Below the pieces are notes generated by a model. It saw only the letters and a list, made by a program, of their open reading frames with translations, searched no databases and had not been told where the DNA came from. A stretch of DNA of 64,000 nucleotides. It comes from Acidimicrobiales bacterium (GTDB lineage Bacteria > Actinomycetota > Actinomycetes > Mycobacteriales > QHCE01). How positions within the stretch are numbered: the stretch's first letter is position 1; every line of letters begins with the position of its first letter. The stretch lies in assembly GCA_003243955.1 (NCBI GenBank), contig QHCE01000043.1:5475-69474 (forward strand), given 5' to 3'. Positions 19,783-28,025 of the stretch are shown here, in pieces. Made by a program: the position numbers and the translations under genes.

Positions 19783-20868
19783 ATGCGAAGTCCGGCTAAA
19801 AGTATTACAGGCATAGAGCTTTCTCGACAGTTCTACGAGTCCGTCGTTCGACCTCGAATCACCGCGGCCTTGGGAGCAGTGCCGCATGCCGTGGCACTGC
19901 TGGGTGATGGCTCAGAAGTTTTAGGATTCGATGACGCCGTTTCTACCGATCATGACTTTGGCCCACGCTTACAACTGTTCTTGCCTCTAGAGTGTGACCC
20001 AAGCCCTTTAGCGGCGGTACTCAATGAACTTCCAGCTCAATTTAAAGGTTTCCCGGTCCGCTATCGAGATTCGGATAACCACGATGGCGATGTTCAACAT
20101 CAAGTTGACATAACTACCGCGCCGGAATTCTTCATAGCGATTTTAGGCGTAGATCCTTCCACTGGAATGAGCTTAGGTAACTGGTTATCTACCCCTACCC
20201 AAGTTCTCGCGACACTTACTGGGGGTGAAGTCTTCTTCGACCCCACGAACCTTCTAGGCGATCGACGATCCGCCCTGCGGTGGTATCCCCCAAATGTCTG
20301 GCGTTACGTGCTTGCCAGCGCTTGGCTCCGCATTTCCCAAGGAGAATCGTTCGTGGGCCGAACTGGCGCAACCGGTGATGACCTAGGTTGCGCGCTTGTA
20401 ACAGCGCAACTCGTTCGCGATTTGGTGCGCCTGACGTTTCTCATTGATCAACGATGGGCACCGTACACCAAATGGCTAGGACGGGCTTTTACCGAGCTGC
20501 CACACTCCCCCGGCGTCGCCCCGGCGCTGGCTACAGCGCTCACCGCCAGCACGTGGCGTGAGCGCGAAACGGCGCTATGCAACGCCTCTAGCGCATTAGG
20601 CGAAGCGACGAATCTGCTAGGTCTTGCCGAAACGGTCGACTCCACGCCACGCCAATTCCACACTCGAGACATTCGAGTTATCGGTGCGGAACGTTTCACG
20701 CAAGCACTCATCGAAGCGATCACAGATCGGCAGCTGCACAAACTCGTCAGCACGGTGGGTACACGAGCCGATGGCGTTTATCAGCTGTCTGGCGCTATTG
20801 ACCAAATGAACGTCGATGTTCTTAACCGTCGCTCCCAATGGGCCACCATTGCACGAGGCCTGTGGTGA
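19783..20868 (+). CDS. DUF4037 domain protein (nucleotidyltransferase-like)
   Basis: GIELSRQFYESVVRP..LLGDGSEVLGFDDAVSTDHDFGPRLQLFL. ATG 19783 is chosen inside ORF 19705-20868. Confidence 0.7.
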   Translation: MRSPAKSITGIELSRQFYESVVRPRITAALGAVPHAVALLGDGSEVLGFDDAVSTDHDFGPRLQLFLPLECDPSPLAAVLNELPAQFKGFPVRYRDSDNHDGDVQHQVDITTAPEFFIAILGVDPSTGMSLGNWLSTPTQVLATLTGGEVFFDPTNLLGDRRSALRWYPPNVWRYVLASAWLRISQGESFVGRTGATGDDLGCALVTAQLVRDLVRLTFLIDQRWAPYTKWLGRAFTELPHSPGVAPALATALTASTWRERETALCNASSALGEATNLLGLAETVDSTPRQFHTRDIRVIGAERFTQALIEAITDRQLHKLVSTVGTRADGVYQLSGAIDQMNVDVLNRRSQWATIARGLW

Positions 20869-20882
20869 AAGCGCGAGCCGTT
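20828..20882 (+). repeat. Left copy of exact 55-bp direct repeat
   Basis: TCGCTCCCAATGGGCCACCATTGCACGAGGCCTGTGGTGAAAGCGCGAGCCGTTA. Covers the last 41 nt of the DUF4037 gene (stop 20866-20868) plus 14 nt. Confidence 0.95.
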
Positions 20883-20899
20883 ATCAGATTAATTTTAAG

Positions 20900-21241
20900 C
20901 TATGCGTCGCTACCGAAGCGCAGCACGAACCGGCGCTGCCAAGGTGTTTCTACAGCGCGGGGATGGTAGCGCTGGCGAACGCAGGCCACAACAGCTGCCC
21001 GAGTCCGGGCCTCTTCGAGTAGCTTCCGGGCTTCTTTCCGGTCGCTGGGAAGCCAGAAATCCGGCCACCGTAACCATCGGGCCTCCCATGAAGTGGGTGG
21101 CGGTTGCTTACCTAGCAGGTAAAGGGCGAAGGAAGGCGCTGGTCCGTCAGGCAACGGATGCCGCAGTCCTCGGCCGCGCACCAGCAAACCAGAGGGGAAC
21201 TCCATGACTCCCGCGTTAGTCGAACACCACTTTTCGGTCAC
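20900..21241 (-). CDS. Protein-tyrosine-phosphatase-like protein apparently lacking the catalytic CX5R loop
   Basis: LVRGRGLRHPLPDGPAPSFALYLLGK..WEARWLRWPDFWLPSD..RAVETPWQRRFV matches a remembered actinobacterial phosphatase family. The expected C-GGGRGRTG segment between VVAC and VRQRY is absent. Confidence 0.4.
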   Translation of the reverse strand: MTEKWCSTNAGVMEFPSGLLVRGRGLRHPLPDGPAPSFALYLLGKQPPPTSWEARWLRWPDFWLPSDRKEARKLLEEARTRAAVVACVRQRYHPRAVETPWQRRFVLRFGSDA

Positions 21242-21282
21242 CTGGCGTCCTCTATCGAGGTGCAGATCATGGGCTCACCTCA

Positions 21283-21436
21283 GTAGGACAAAATTCCGCC
21301 TCAGCCGCAGCGGCAACAGACTCCCCCGCGGCCAACGCGCGCTGCTCATGGCTGAGACCACTTGTTGCCCAGCTTACTGAAAGCAGCGTCAAGCTCTTGA
21401 CGTACGAGCCTGCTCGGGCCAAAGCGGCCGTCATGC
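21283..21436 (-). pseudogene. Decayed partial copy of the LuxR-type gene at 25849-26370
   Basis: Hand alignment to 25952-26123 gives 136 identical of 154 aligned positions, one 12-nt indel and five 1-nt indels. It reads ..GESVAAAAEAEF then stop, and both gene ends are missing. Confidence 0.65.
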
Positions 21437-21537
21437 TGGGAATGGGCGCTCCGAAGAGAGCTGGGAGGTCACCTCGCTTGCTGAGAAGTCAACGCGCGGA
21501 ATGGGCGGTGTCGCAGTTTCGACGCGTCGGGGACTGC

Positions 21538-23058
21538 TTAGGCGGGAACGCTAGCGGTTTCGGCTTGCTTCGTGGGCAGGTTCAGCGGGGTGCTGCTGGG
21601 GCGGATGAGCACATATGCCAATAGTCCGGCCACTACTGCGGCGATCCCCGCGATCAGGAATACGGCGTGCAGGCCCGACAGAACAGCGTGGTGCAGGGCG
21701 GTTTCCAGCTGGTGACGGTCGGTGCCGGCGCTGGCCAGCACCTCCTGGGCTCGGCCGGCAGACAGTGCGTTTGCGAGCGGGCCCGGGTCGGGCAGTCCGG
21801 CTTCGGTGAGTGAGTTGGCGGCGAAGTGGGCGAATGCGCTACCGAGCGACGCGATCCCAATCGCGAAACCGAGCTGGCGGACTGTGCTTACCGCTCCCGC
21901 GGCCATGCCGCCGCGCTGTGCTCGAACCGCGCCCATCGCGGCGGACGTGAGGGTCGGCATCGCCAGGCCCACTCCGACTCCGGCCACGGCAAGCCCCGGC
22001 ATGAGCCGGGGCCAGCTCGCGTCGCCAGTGAGCAGCAACGCGTCCAGCAGCGACCCCGCGCCGATCAACACCATGCCGACGGCGATGATCGGGCCTGCCG
22101 AGCGGTGCAGGTATCGGCCGATGCCTGCCGAGACCATGAACGATGCCCCCGCGAGAGGCAGGAACGTTAGCCCAGTTTCGATGGGCGACAGACCCATCAC
22201 GGACTGCAGCCAGATCGTGGAGTAGGTCAGACCGGCGAACGCTGCGAAGGTGACAAACAACGAGGCGATCATGGTGCCGGTGAAAGCTCGCCCGCGAAAC
22301 AGCGACAGGTCCAGCATCGGCTGTTCAGCTCTTACCTCGATCGCCAGGAAGGCGAGCAGTGCCACGGCCGCGATCCCGACCAGACACCACGTGGAAGTCG
22401 TGGCCCAGCGATGCTCGCCAGCCCGGATCAGGGCGTAGGTCAGGGACGTGACGAACACAGTGAAGGTGACGGTGCCGCTGAGGTCCACCCGTCGCCCGAC
22501 CTGACGGACATCGACGGCCAGATACCGCACAGTCATGCCGATCGCCAGCACGCTGATCGGAAGATTGACGAAGAAGATCCAGCGCCAGGAGATCCCCTGC
22601 ACGAGCACCCCGCCGAGCACCGGTCCGATGGCGGTCGCGGCTCCGGCGATCGCGCCCCAGATGCCGAACGCGGAGCCGCGGTCCGCGCCCTGGTAGGTGC
22701 TGTTGAGCAGGGCGGTAGAGCTGGCCATCATCGCCGCGGCGCCGACGCCCTGCACGGCGCGTGCCACGTCCAGGATGCTGGCGTTCGGGGCCAGCCCGCA
22801 CGCCAGCGATGACACCGCGAACAGCGCCAGGCCGGCGAGGTATGCCCGGCGGTGTCCGATCAGGTCAGCAAACGAGCCGATTCCCAGTAGTAGCCCGGCC
22901 AGGGCAAGGGTGTACGCGTCGATCACCCACTGCAGGGAGGAGAAGGAGGCATGCAAAGCGTCCGCGATCTGTGGCAACGCTACGTTCACGATGCTCACGT
23001 CGATGAGCAACATGATCGTCCCGAGACAGATCGCTACCAACGGCAGCCACTTACGCAC
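21538..23058 (-). CDS. DHA2-family (EmrB/QacA-type, 14-TMS) MFS efflux transporter
   Basis: 506 aa. N-terminal LLIDVSIVNVALPQI.. and GSFADLIGHRRAYL motifs. Confidence 0.9.
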   Translation of the reverse strand: MRKWLPLVAICLGTIMLLIDVSIVNVALPQIADALHASFSSLQWVIDAYTLALAGLLLGIGSFADLIGHRRAYLAGLALFAVSSLACGLAPNASILDVARAVQGVGAAAMMASSTALLNSTYQGADRGSAFGIWGAIAGAATAIGPVLGGVLVQGISWRWIFFVNLPISVLAIGMTVRYLAVDVRQVGRRVDLSGTVTFTVFVTSLTYALIRAGEHRWATTSTWCLVGIAAVALLAFLAIEVRAEQPMLDLSLFRGRAFTGTMIASLFVTFAAFAGLTYSTIWLQSVMGLSPIETGLTFLPLAGASFMVSAGIGRYLHRSAGPIIAVGMVLIGAGSLLDALLLTGDASWPRLMPGLAVAGVGVGLAMPTLTSAAMGAVRAQRGGMAAGAVSTVRQLGFAIGIASLGSAFAHFAANSLTEAGLPDPGPLANALSAGRAQEVLASAGTDRHQLETALHHAVLSGLHAVFLIAGIAAVVAGLLAYVLIRPSSTPLNLPTKQAETASVPA

Positions 23059-23128
23059 CAGCGCGGATTCCTTTCGACGGAGAGGGGCGAGATCACGGTG
23101 GACATGGTGAACGGTTGCGGCGTCGGGT

Positions 23129-23494
23129 TTAGTCGCCGGTAGATTCCTGAAGCAGCCAGAGCCGTCCGTCGGGATCTCGGACGGTCATCTCCTTCGACCC
23201 GTGATGGGTCTGTTCGAACGGAGTGACTACGTCGATTGCGGCATCGGGCTCAAATGAGTCCGCGGACGCGACCTTCAAGACGAGCTGCATCCCGGTCGGC
23301 TGAGCCTCAGGCACCTCAGCGATGAACAAGTACGGGCCGGGGCCGTTCCTCAGCATGCCTGAGCTGTGGTCCGTCTCGAACTCCAACTTGAAGCCGAGCG
23401 ACTGGAAGAACTTGGCCGCCTTCCCCCAGTTGTGTGTCTCGAGGTACACAGCCTCGATGCCGTCTGTCGTCATGTCATTTCCCTTCTGAGTCAA
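23129..23494 (-). CDS. VOC/glyoxalase-family protein
   Basis: 121 aa with an [34 protein letters not shown] beta-alpha-beta-beta-beta pattern. The start could instead be the internal ATG (MTTDG). Confidence 0.8.
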   Translation of the reverse strand: MTQKGNDMTTDGIEAVYLETHNWGKAAKFFQSLGFKLEFETDHSSGMLRNGPGPYLFIAEVPEAQPTGMQLVLKVASADSFEPDAAIDVVTPFEQTHHGSKEMTVRDPDGRLWLLQESTGD

Positions 23495-23658
23495 CGGTCG
23501 TTTCTGCTGTCTTCGCGAGGTTTCGCGAGGTATTGCCGTAGCGCATCGGTCACGAGGGCCGACAGCGACTGCTCGGTGTCGATCGCGTGATGCTTAACCT
23601 GACGAACCAAGTCGGTCGACAGATACACGTTGAACTGCTTGACGCTATGATCGACCAC
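23491..23658 (-). CDS. Ribbon-helix-helix (CopG-like) protein, 55 aa, not in the ORF track
   Basis: My translation: [55 protein letters not shown]. The TGA overlaps the TTG of the VOC ORF (TTGA). Confidence 0.6.
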   Translation of the reverse strand: MVDHSVKQFNVYLSTDLVRQVKHHAIDTEQSLSALVTDALRQYLAKPREDSRNDR

Positions 23659-23664
23659 GACAGT

Positions 23665-23674
23665 ATGCTAGCAT
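23665..23674. promoter_or_regulatory. Perfect 10-bp palindrome ATGCTAGCAT upstream of the RHH gene
   Basis: Lies 7 nt upstream of GTG 23658. On the minus strand TAGCAT could be a -10 element for a leaderless transcript. Confidence 0.3.
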
Positions 23675-23739
23675 GCTTGTACACTAGGTGGCTAGCTGAC
23701 TAGTATTGGAGACTCCGAACCAGGGAAGGATGCAACGCC

Positions 23740-24213
23740 ATGTCTGCTTACGCAGCTGCCACGCACGACCCAGTCATTGTCCGCGCCGACGCCGCTGAGC
23801 ACTTACCCGAAATCGGTCACATTTTGCTCGCCGACGCCAGCGCCAGCAAGGGCGCGCTCAGTGCCCACCGCATCCAACTCGCACGTGGAGCCGACGGCGC
23901 TCTGCCTCACCGCCACAACGGATCTTCCGAGCTGTTCTTCATCATCGATGGAGCGCTGGACCTCCTCATCGAGTCAGAAATTGTCACCGCACGATCGGGA
24001 GACCTCCTGATCGTTCCGCCGCGCTCTGACCATGCGTTCCGGACGCATCCCAACAACACAGCCGATGCGCTGATCTTGATCACGCCCGGGATTGAGAGGT
24101 TCGACTACCTCCGCCACGTCGCCCGAATCCGACGCGGCGAGGCCAGCCGCGACAGCATCCTTCACGAACAAGATCGCTACGACACGCACTTCGTCCACAG
24201 CTCAATCTGGTGA
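23740..24213 (+). CDS. Cupin-domain protein
   Basis: GALPHRHNGSSELFFIIDGALDL..GDLLIVPPRSDHAF are cupin motifs 1 and 2. Confidence 0.75.
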   Translation: MSAYAAATHDPVIVRADAAEHLPEIGHILLADASASKGALSAHRIQLARGADGALPHRHNGSSELFFIIDGALDLLIESEIVTARSGDLLIVPPRSDHAFRTHPNNTADALILITPGIERFDYLRHVARIRRGEASRDSILHEQDRYDTHFVHSSIW

Positions 24214-24404
24214 CCAGTCATCACGGGATGCCCTCCACAGAAGCCTGGCCGAGGCAGATCGTCCAATCGCAGGACTCAGGCGGGCCACTGCCCGATAGTC
24301 GAACCCCCACCGGACACGCCTCACCGCCCGTACGAACGAATCGTGAGCTGGACCTGCGATGTCTCAGATACGTAGTCCGATGAATTTTCACTGAGCGACG
24401 GCTA

Positions 24405-24790
24405 ACCGTTACGCCCGCACAATCGGCGACGACCTCGCCGCGCTCAGCATCAAGCTCTCGTGGCAGGCAGGTCTACGACCCCACCGACCCGATAGGGAAG
24501 ATGTTCTTCAACATTTTGGACGCCTTCGCAGAGTTTGAGGTCGACCTGCTGCGGATGAGAACTCGGGAGACATGGCCGTCGCGCGGGCGAAGGGCAGACT
24601 GTGCGGCAAGCAACCAAAACTCTCGGCGAAGCAGCAAACCGAACTGCGGCGCATGCACGGCACCGGCTACTTTGCACTTCGGGTCAGCTTCGGGAGTTTC
24701 GGCCCTTCACTGAACGCATCAACGGTGTGAACCGATCGGTCGGGCGCCTGAACCGTCAACCAGCAAAGTCCGCGCCTGGGCCCGCGACGC
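24405..24790 (+). pseudogene. Serine recombinase (resolvase/invertase) remnant
   Basis: VYDPTDPIGKMFFNILDAFAEFEVDLLRMRTRE, then a frameshift to GDMAVARAKGRLCGKQPKLSAKQQTELRRMHGTG, then a further frame change in the HTH part. The catalytic N-terminal domain is absent. Confidence 0.7.
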
Positions 24791-24993
24791 CGGGCTGCAC
24801 GTGACCGACCGTGGCTGCCTTCGTCCTGAGATACTGGCGAAACGCCAACCAGTCGTAGAGAGCGCCGAGCCACAAGATCGCGAAAGCAACCAGCCTCGTT
24901 CGGTTGCCACCTTTTCGGTTCACCCCCACCCACCTCGTGCTACTCGAGCAAAGGGACCAGATTCGCTCCGCTGCTAAGGCGACCCCCTAATCA

Positions 24994-25048
24994 TCGCTCC
25001 CAATGGGCCACCATTGCACGAGGCCTGTGGTGAAAGCGCGAGCCGTTA
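24994..25048 (+). repeat. Right copy of exact 55-bp direct repeat
   Basis: Identical base for base to 20828-20882. An orphan 3-prime fragment of the DUF4037 gene. Confidence 0.95.
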
Positions 25049-25447
25049 CCAGATGGTTTTAAGGCTACTGACACTACGAGCAAATTCGTGAATTTTCCCA
25101 TCTTTGGTAGCCAAAGGCACTGAAAGTTCCTGTGCGGTAGCGTACAGGATTCGGTCAGCCGGATCGCCATGGAAACCCACTTCACCAAGCAATGCTGCGC
25201 CAACTGCCGCCTGAGGAGTCAACGGTGCAAGCTCAATTTGTTCCTCGCGGAATAAGTCACGCATCCACGTATACAGCTCACGGTCGAGTTCAACACGGCC
25301 CTTCACAAGGAGCTCGCCGATCTCCCAACACGAGATCGGACTGATAAGTATAGTGTCAGCTTTAGCAATTTCACGTGCCACCCGATGAGAAAGGCGCCCA
25401 CCACCAGCCTGCCACCACAGCACCACGTGAGTATCGAGCAGGATCAC
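25046..25447 (-). CDS. vapC: PIN-domain toxin VapC
   Basis: MILLDTHVVLWW.., 133 aa. 4-nt overlap with the upstream antitoxin gene. Confidence 0.85.
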   Translation of the reverse strand: MILLDTHVVLWWQAGGGRLSHRVAREIAKADTILISPISCWEIGELLVKGRVELDRELYTWMRDLFREEQIELAPLTPQAAVGAALLGEVGFHGDPADRILYATAQELSVPLATKDGKIHEFARSVSSLKTIW

Positions 25448-25701
25448 GCTGAGCGCCTGTATTCAGTATCTAACTCGGCTTCCCAGGCTTCACCTGAGGA
25501 GAAGTACACCAGGTCGTCTGCAGCGATCAGTCGGACGCTGCCCATTGTTGAAGCGTGTACTGGCTCATCCAAAGGTGCTAACCGAGCAACGGGGCGACCA
25601 TACTTGGTCACGATCACAGATATTTTAGTGGCCTCAACCTGATCAAGAATCGCCAAACACTGTGTCTTGAACGTGCTGGCTTGAATCCTTCGCGGCTCCA
25701 T
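25444..25701 (-). CDS. Phd/YefM-type antitoxin partner of VapC
   Basis: 85 aa. ..FKTQCLAILDQVEATKISVIVTKYGRPVARLAPL is the Phd/YefM N-terminal fold pattern. Confidence 0.8.
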   Translation of the reverse strand: MEPRRIQASTFKTQCLAILDQVEATKISVIVTKYGRPVARLAPLDEPVHASTMGSVRLIAADDLVYFSSGEAWEAELDTEYRRSA

Positions 25702-25752
25702 AAACTATAGCCCCCTCTTTGAAGTAAGGGATAGTTTAGCATGAAATGGCTT

Positions 25753-25766
25753 ATGACTATAGTCAT
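25753..25766. promoter_or_regulatory. Perfect 14-bp palindrome ATGACTATAGTCAT upstream of the vapBC operon
   Basis: Lies in the AT-rich 148-bp region upstream of start 25701. Candidate autoregulatory operator. Confidence 0.3.
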
Positions 25767-25848
25767 TGGTTACATCTACCCTCATTAAACCAAATGCCAG
25801 AAAACCGAAATTCGGGTGAGAACAATCAGAGCATTAGACTGATATCTG

Positions 25849-26370
25849 TTAACTCCGCGACCTGATCAGCCGTATATAGGCGTGTACCGCCTGCTGGGTC
25901 GTATCAACCCCGAGCCGCTCACGAGCTTGTGCAAGTCGGCGGTTAGCGGTTCGTAGGGACAAAAATTCCGCCTCAGCCGCAGTGGCAACTGACTCCCCCG
26001 CGGCCAACCGTGACAGTAGTGCGCTCTGTTCACGGCTGAGACCGCTCTGCTGCCCAGCTTGTTGAGAAGAGGCGTCAAGCTCTTGACGTACGACCCCAAT
26101 TCGGGTCAGAGCGGCCGTCATGCGGCCAGCCAGTTGCATGTTGGAGCACTGCACCACGACTCCAGCTCCACGAGCAGCCGCGGAGGCTACCACCGCAACT
26201 GCCTGTTGGTCCTCGGCGAAGCCGGTGACTACGAGTTTGCGTGCTGCTACGTCCCAGGGCTCCCTGGGTAACGCCAGACCCCGCTGCACACACCAGCCTG
26301 CGTTTGTTAGCTGACGCACTGCCGTAGCCGTTGCGTCCGCGGAGAGTGTCACTAGTAGAGGCACCGTCAT
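25849..26370 (-). CDS. LuxR-type HTH transcriptional regulator
   Basis: C-terminal GLSREQSALLSRLAAGESVATAAEAEFLSLRTANRRLAQARERLGV. Confidence 0.75.
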   Translation of the reverse strand: MTVPLLVTLSADATATAVRQLTNAGWCVQRGLALPREPWDVAARKLVVTGFAEDQQAVAVVASAAARGAGVVVQCSNMQLAGRMTAALTRIGVVRQELDASSQQAGQQSGLSREQSALLSRLAAGESVATAAEAEFLSLRTANRRLAQARERLGVDTTQQAVHAYIRLIRSRS

Positions 26371-26618
26371 GGGCCGCTACCCAGCGGGTGTTTTACCATG
26401 CAACCCCCTCTGCCATCGGACTGGCACCGTGAGAACTTTCCAGCATGCCAGTTTTAGCGCGTGCTGGTAAGGGTCAGTTCACAGCTCATCCGCAACTCGC
26501 GCTAGATGGCGAGATTAAAGTGCGCACTCCAATAAGGAATACTGCTGTACAACGCAGCGCATCAGGTCATGCGCTGCGAAAAAACTGTGGCATCAGGGAG
26601 CACGAGGAGCACAGGTTC

Positions 26619-27599
26619 ATGAACACTCAGCAGGCCCGCCTGGTCGGTATCTGTGTCAGCTTTCTGCTTGCGATAATTGTCGGTACGTTGACTGGCTGGA
26701 TAGCCTCTGATCGTAACTCTGACTCTGTGGTCACCCCAAACAGGGAAACGTCTACTACTCAAGCGCCTGCTACAAAGGACACTCCATCCAAGCTCCCACC
26801 CGTTCCGAGCGTGAAACCTAAAATCCTACCCAGCGTCGGACCTTCCAAATCCGATCCACCGCCGATCCCTAATGCCAGCCCACAGCCGACGGCTTCCGTC
26901 TCAACCCCGCCTTCACAGAGCAGCAAGACGGGGACGTCACCTCAGCAAACATCAGCCGCTAAGCAGCCTGAAACCGCGGCTACCACGTCGTCCACTCCTG
27001 CCAGCGCCGCGGCGAATTTTACTGGCGAGTTAGCTGGCTACACCACAGATGCAACCGGGGAGCCACTCTCTTCCTGGGTCTCCTTTTCACTCCCCGCGGC
27101 AGCGGTGAGCTTTTTAGGAGCACTGCTTACTGGATTGGCAATGGTTGCGTTGTTCAGCGCTGTTGCGCGTCGCAACCAGGCAGCACAAGCACGCTTGAGT
27201 GGTCTTGCACATCCCTCCCCTGCCGCTTCAGATGTCGGTTCTGCCGGCACCTACGTGCTATCCACAGCTGATTCCGTGGCTACCGTCGGATCGAGCCAAG
27301 AACGCGACCAGCTGGTGGAAACACTGATATACGTCCGCGATCGGGCCACCAGCAGCGCAATTAACGATCGGGTTGGCGCGGCGCTTAGTGCGGCGGGTGT
27401 TATTGAGCTGAACCCAACCGGGCAACGCTTCGATGCAACGTCTCATGAAGCAGGAGGCACCGAACCCACCGATAACCCTCAAGTACATGGCATCATTGCC
27501 GGTGTGGAAGTAGCAGGGTATGCCGACCGTGACGGTCGGACTTTGCGCGTACCGATAGTAACCGTGTACCAGCACAGCGTCGGACGGGCCAACGTGTAG
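26619..27599 (+). CDS. Membrane-anchored protein with Pro/Ser/Thr-rich linker and C-terminal GrpE-like domain
   Basis: ATG 26619 follows GAGGAG. TM segment LVGICVSFLLAIIVGTLTGWI. C-terminus reads ELNPTGQRFDATSHEAGG..IIAGVEVAGYADRDGRTLRVPIVTV. Confidence 0.6.
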   Translation: MNTQQARLVGICVSFLLAIIVGTLTGWIASDRNSDSVVTPNRETSTTQAPATKDTPSKLPPVPSVKPKILPSVGPSKSDPPPIPNASPQPTASVSTPPSQSSKTGTSPQQTSAAKQPETAATTSSTPASAAANFTGELAGYTTDATGEPLSSWVSFSLPAAAVSFLGALLTGLAMVALFSAVARRNQAAQARLSGLAHPSPAASDVGSAGTYVLSTADSVATVGSSQERDQLVETLIYVRDRATSSAINDRVGAALSAAGVIELNPTGQRFDATSHEAGGTEPTDNPQVHGIIAGVEVAGYADRDGRTLRVPIVTVYQHSVGRANV

Positions 27600-27686
27600 G
27601 GAATATTAGATAGTTAACGGCTGTTACATAACTGAGGCACTTTGAGTAGTGCACCCTGAGCTTCACACTCACCGGGAGTGAACAGC

Positions 27687-28025
27687 ATGGCGGATCGCAC
27701 ATTACGAGGTAGCCGGCTAGGTGCGGTCAGCTACGAGACAGATCGGCACACCGAGCTTGCTCCCCGTAGCGTCGGCGAATATCAGTGCCCACAGGGGCAT
27801 CGCTTTACGGTGCCGTTTGCCGCCGATGCCGAGCTTCCCGCCACGTGGGAATGTCGAGCTGACGGCATGGTGGCTCATCTAGCCGATGGCGAAACGCCAG
27901 AGGACACAAAGCTCCGGCCAGCACGCACCCATTGGGACATGCTGTTGGAACGTCGCAGCATGGGCGAGTTGGAAGAAGTTCTCGCGGAGCGCTTAGAAGT
28001 GTTACGGGATCGGCGCGGACGGTAG
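27687..28025 (+). CDS. rbpA: RNA polymerase-binding protein RbpA
   Basis: MADRTLRGSRLGAVSYETDR..THWDMLLERRS..LEEVLAERLEVLRDRR is colinear with mycobacterial RbpA. Confidence 0.9.
   Translation: MADRTLRGSRLGAVSYETDRHTELAPRSVGEYQCPQGHRFTVPFAADAELPATWECRADGMVAHLADGETPEDTKLRPARTHWDMLLERRSMGELEEVLAERLEVLRDRRGR

Larger units (their letters stand above)
20883..24993. mobile_element. 4.1-kb inserted segment bounded by the 55-bp direct repeats (integrated element remnant)
   Basis: Flanking exact repeats, a decayed serine recombinase next to the right repeat, and a GC-rich cargo. Hand count: 84 of 120 G+C in 22561-22680 versus 28 of 60 in 20041-20100. Confidence 0.55.
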
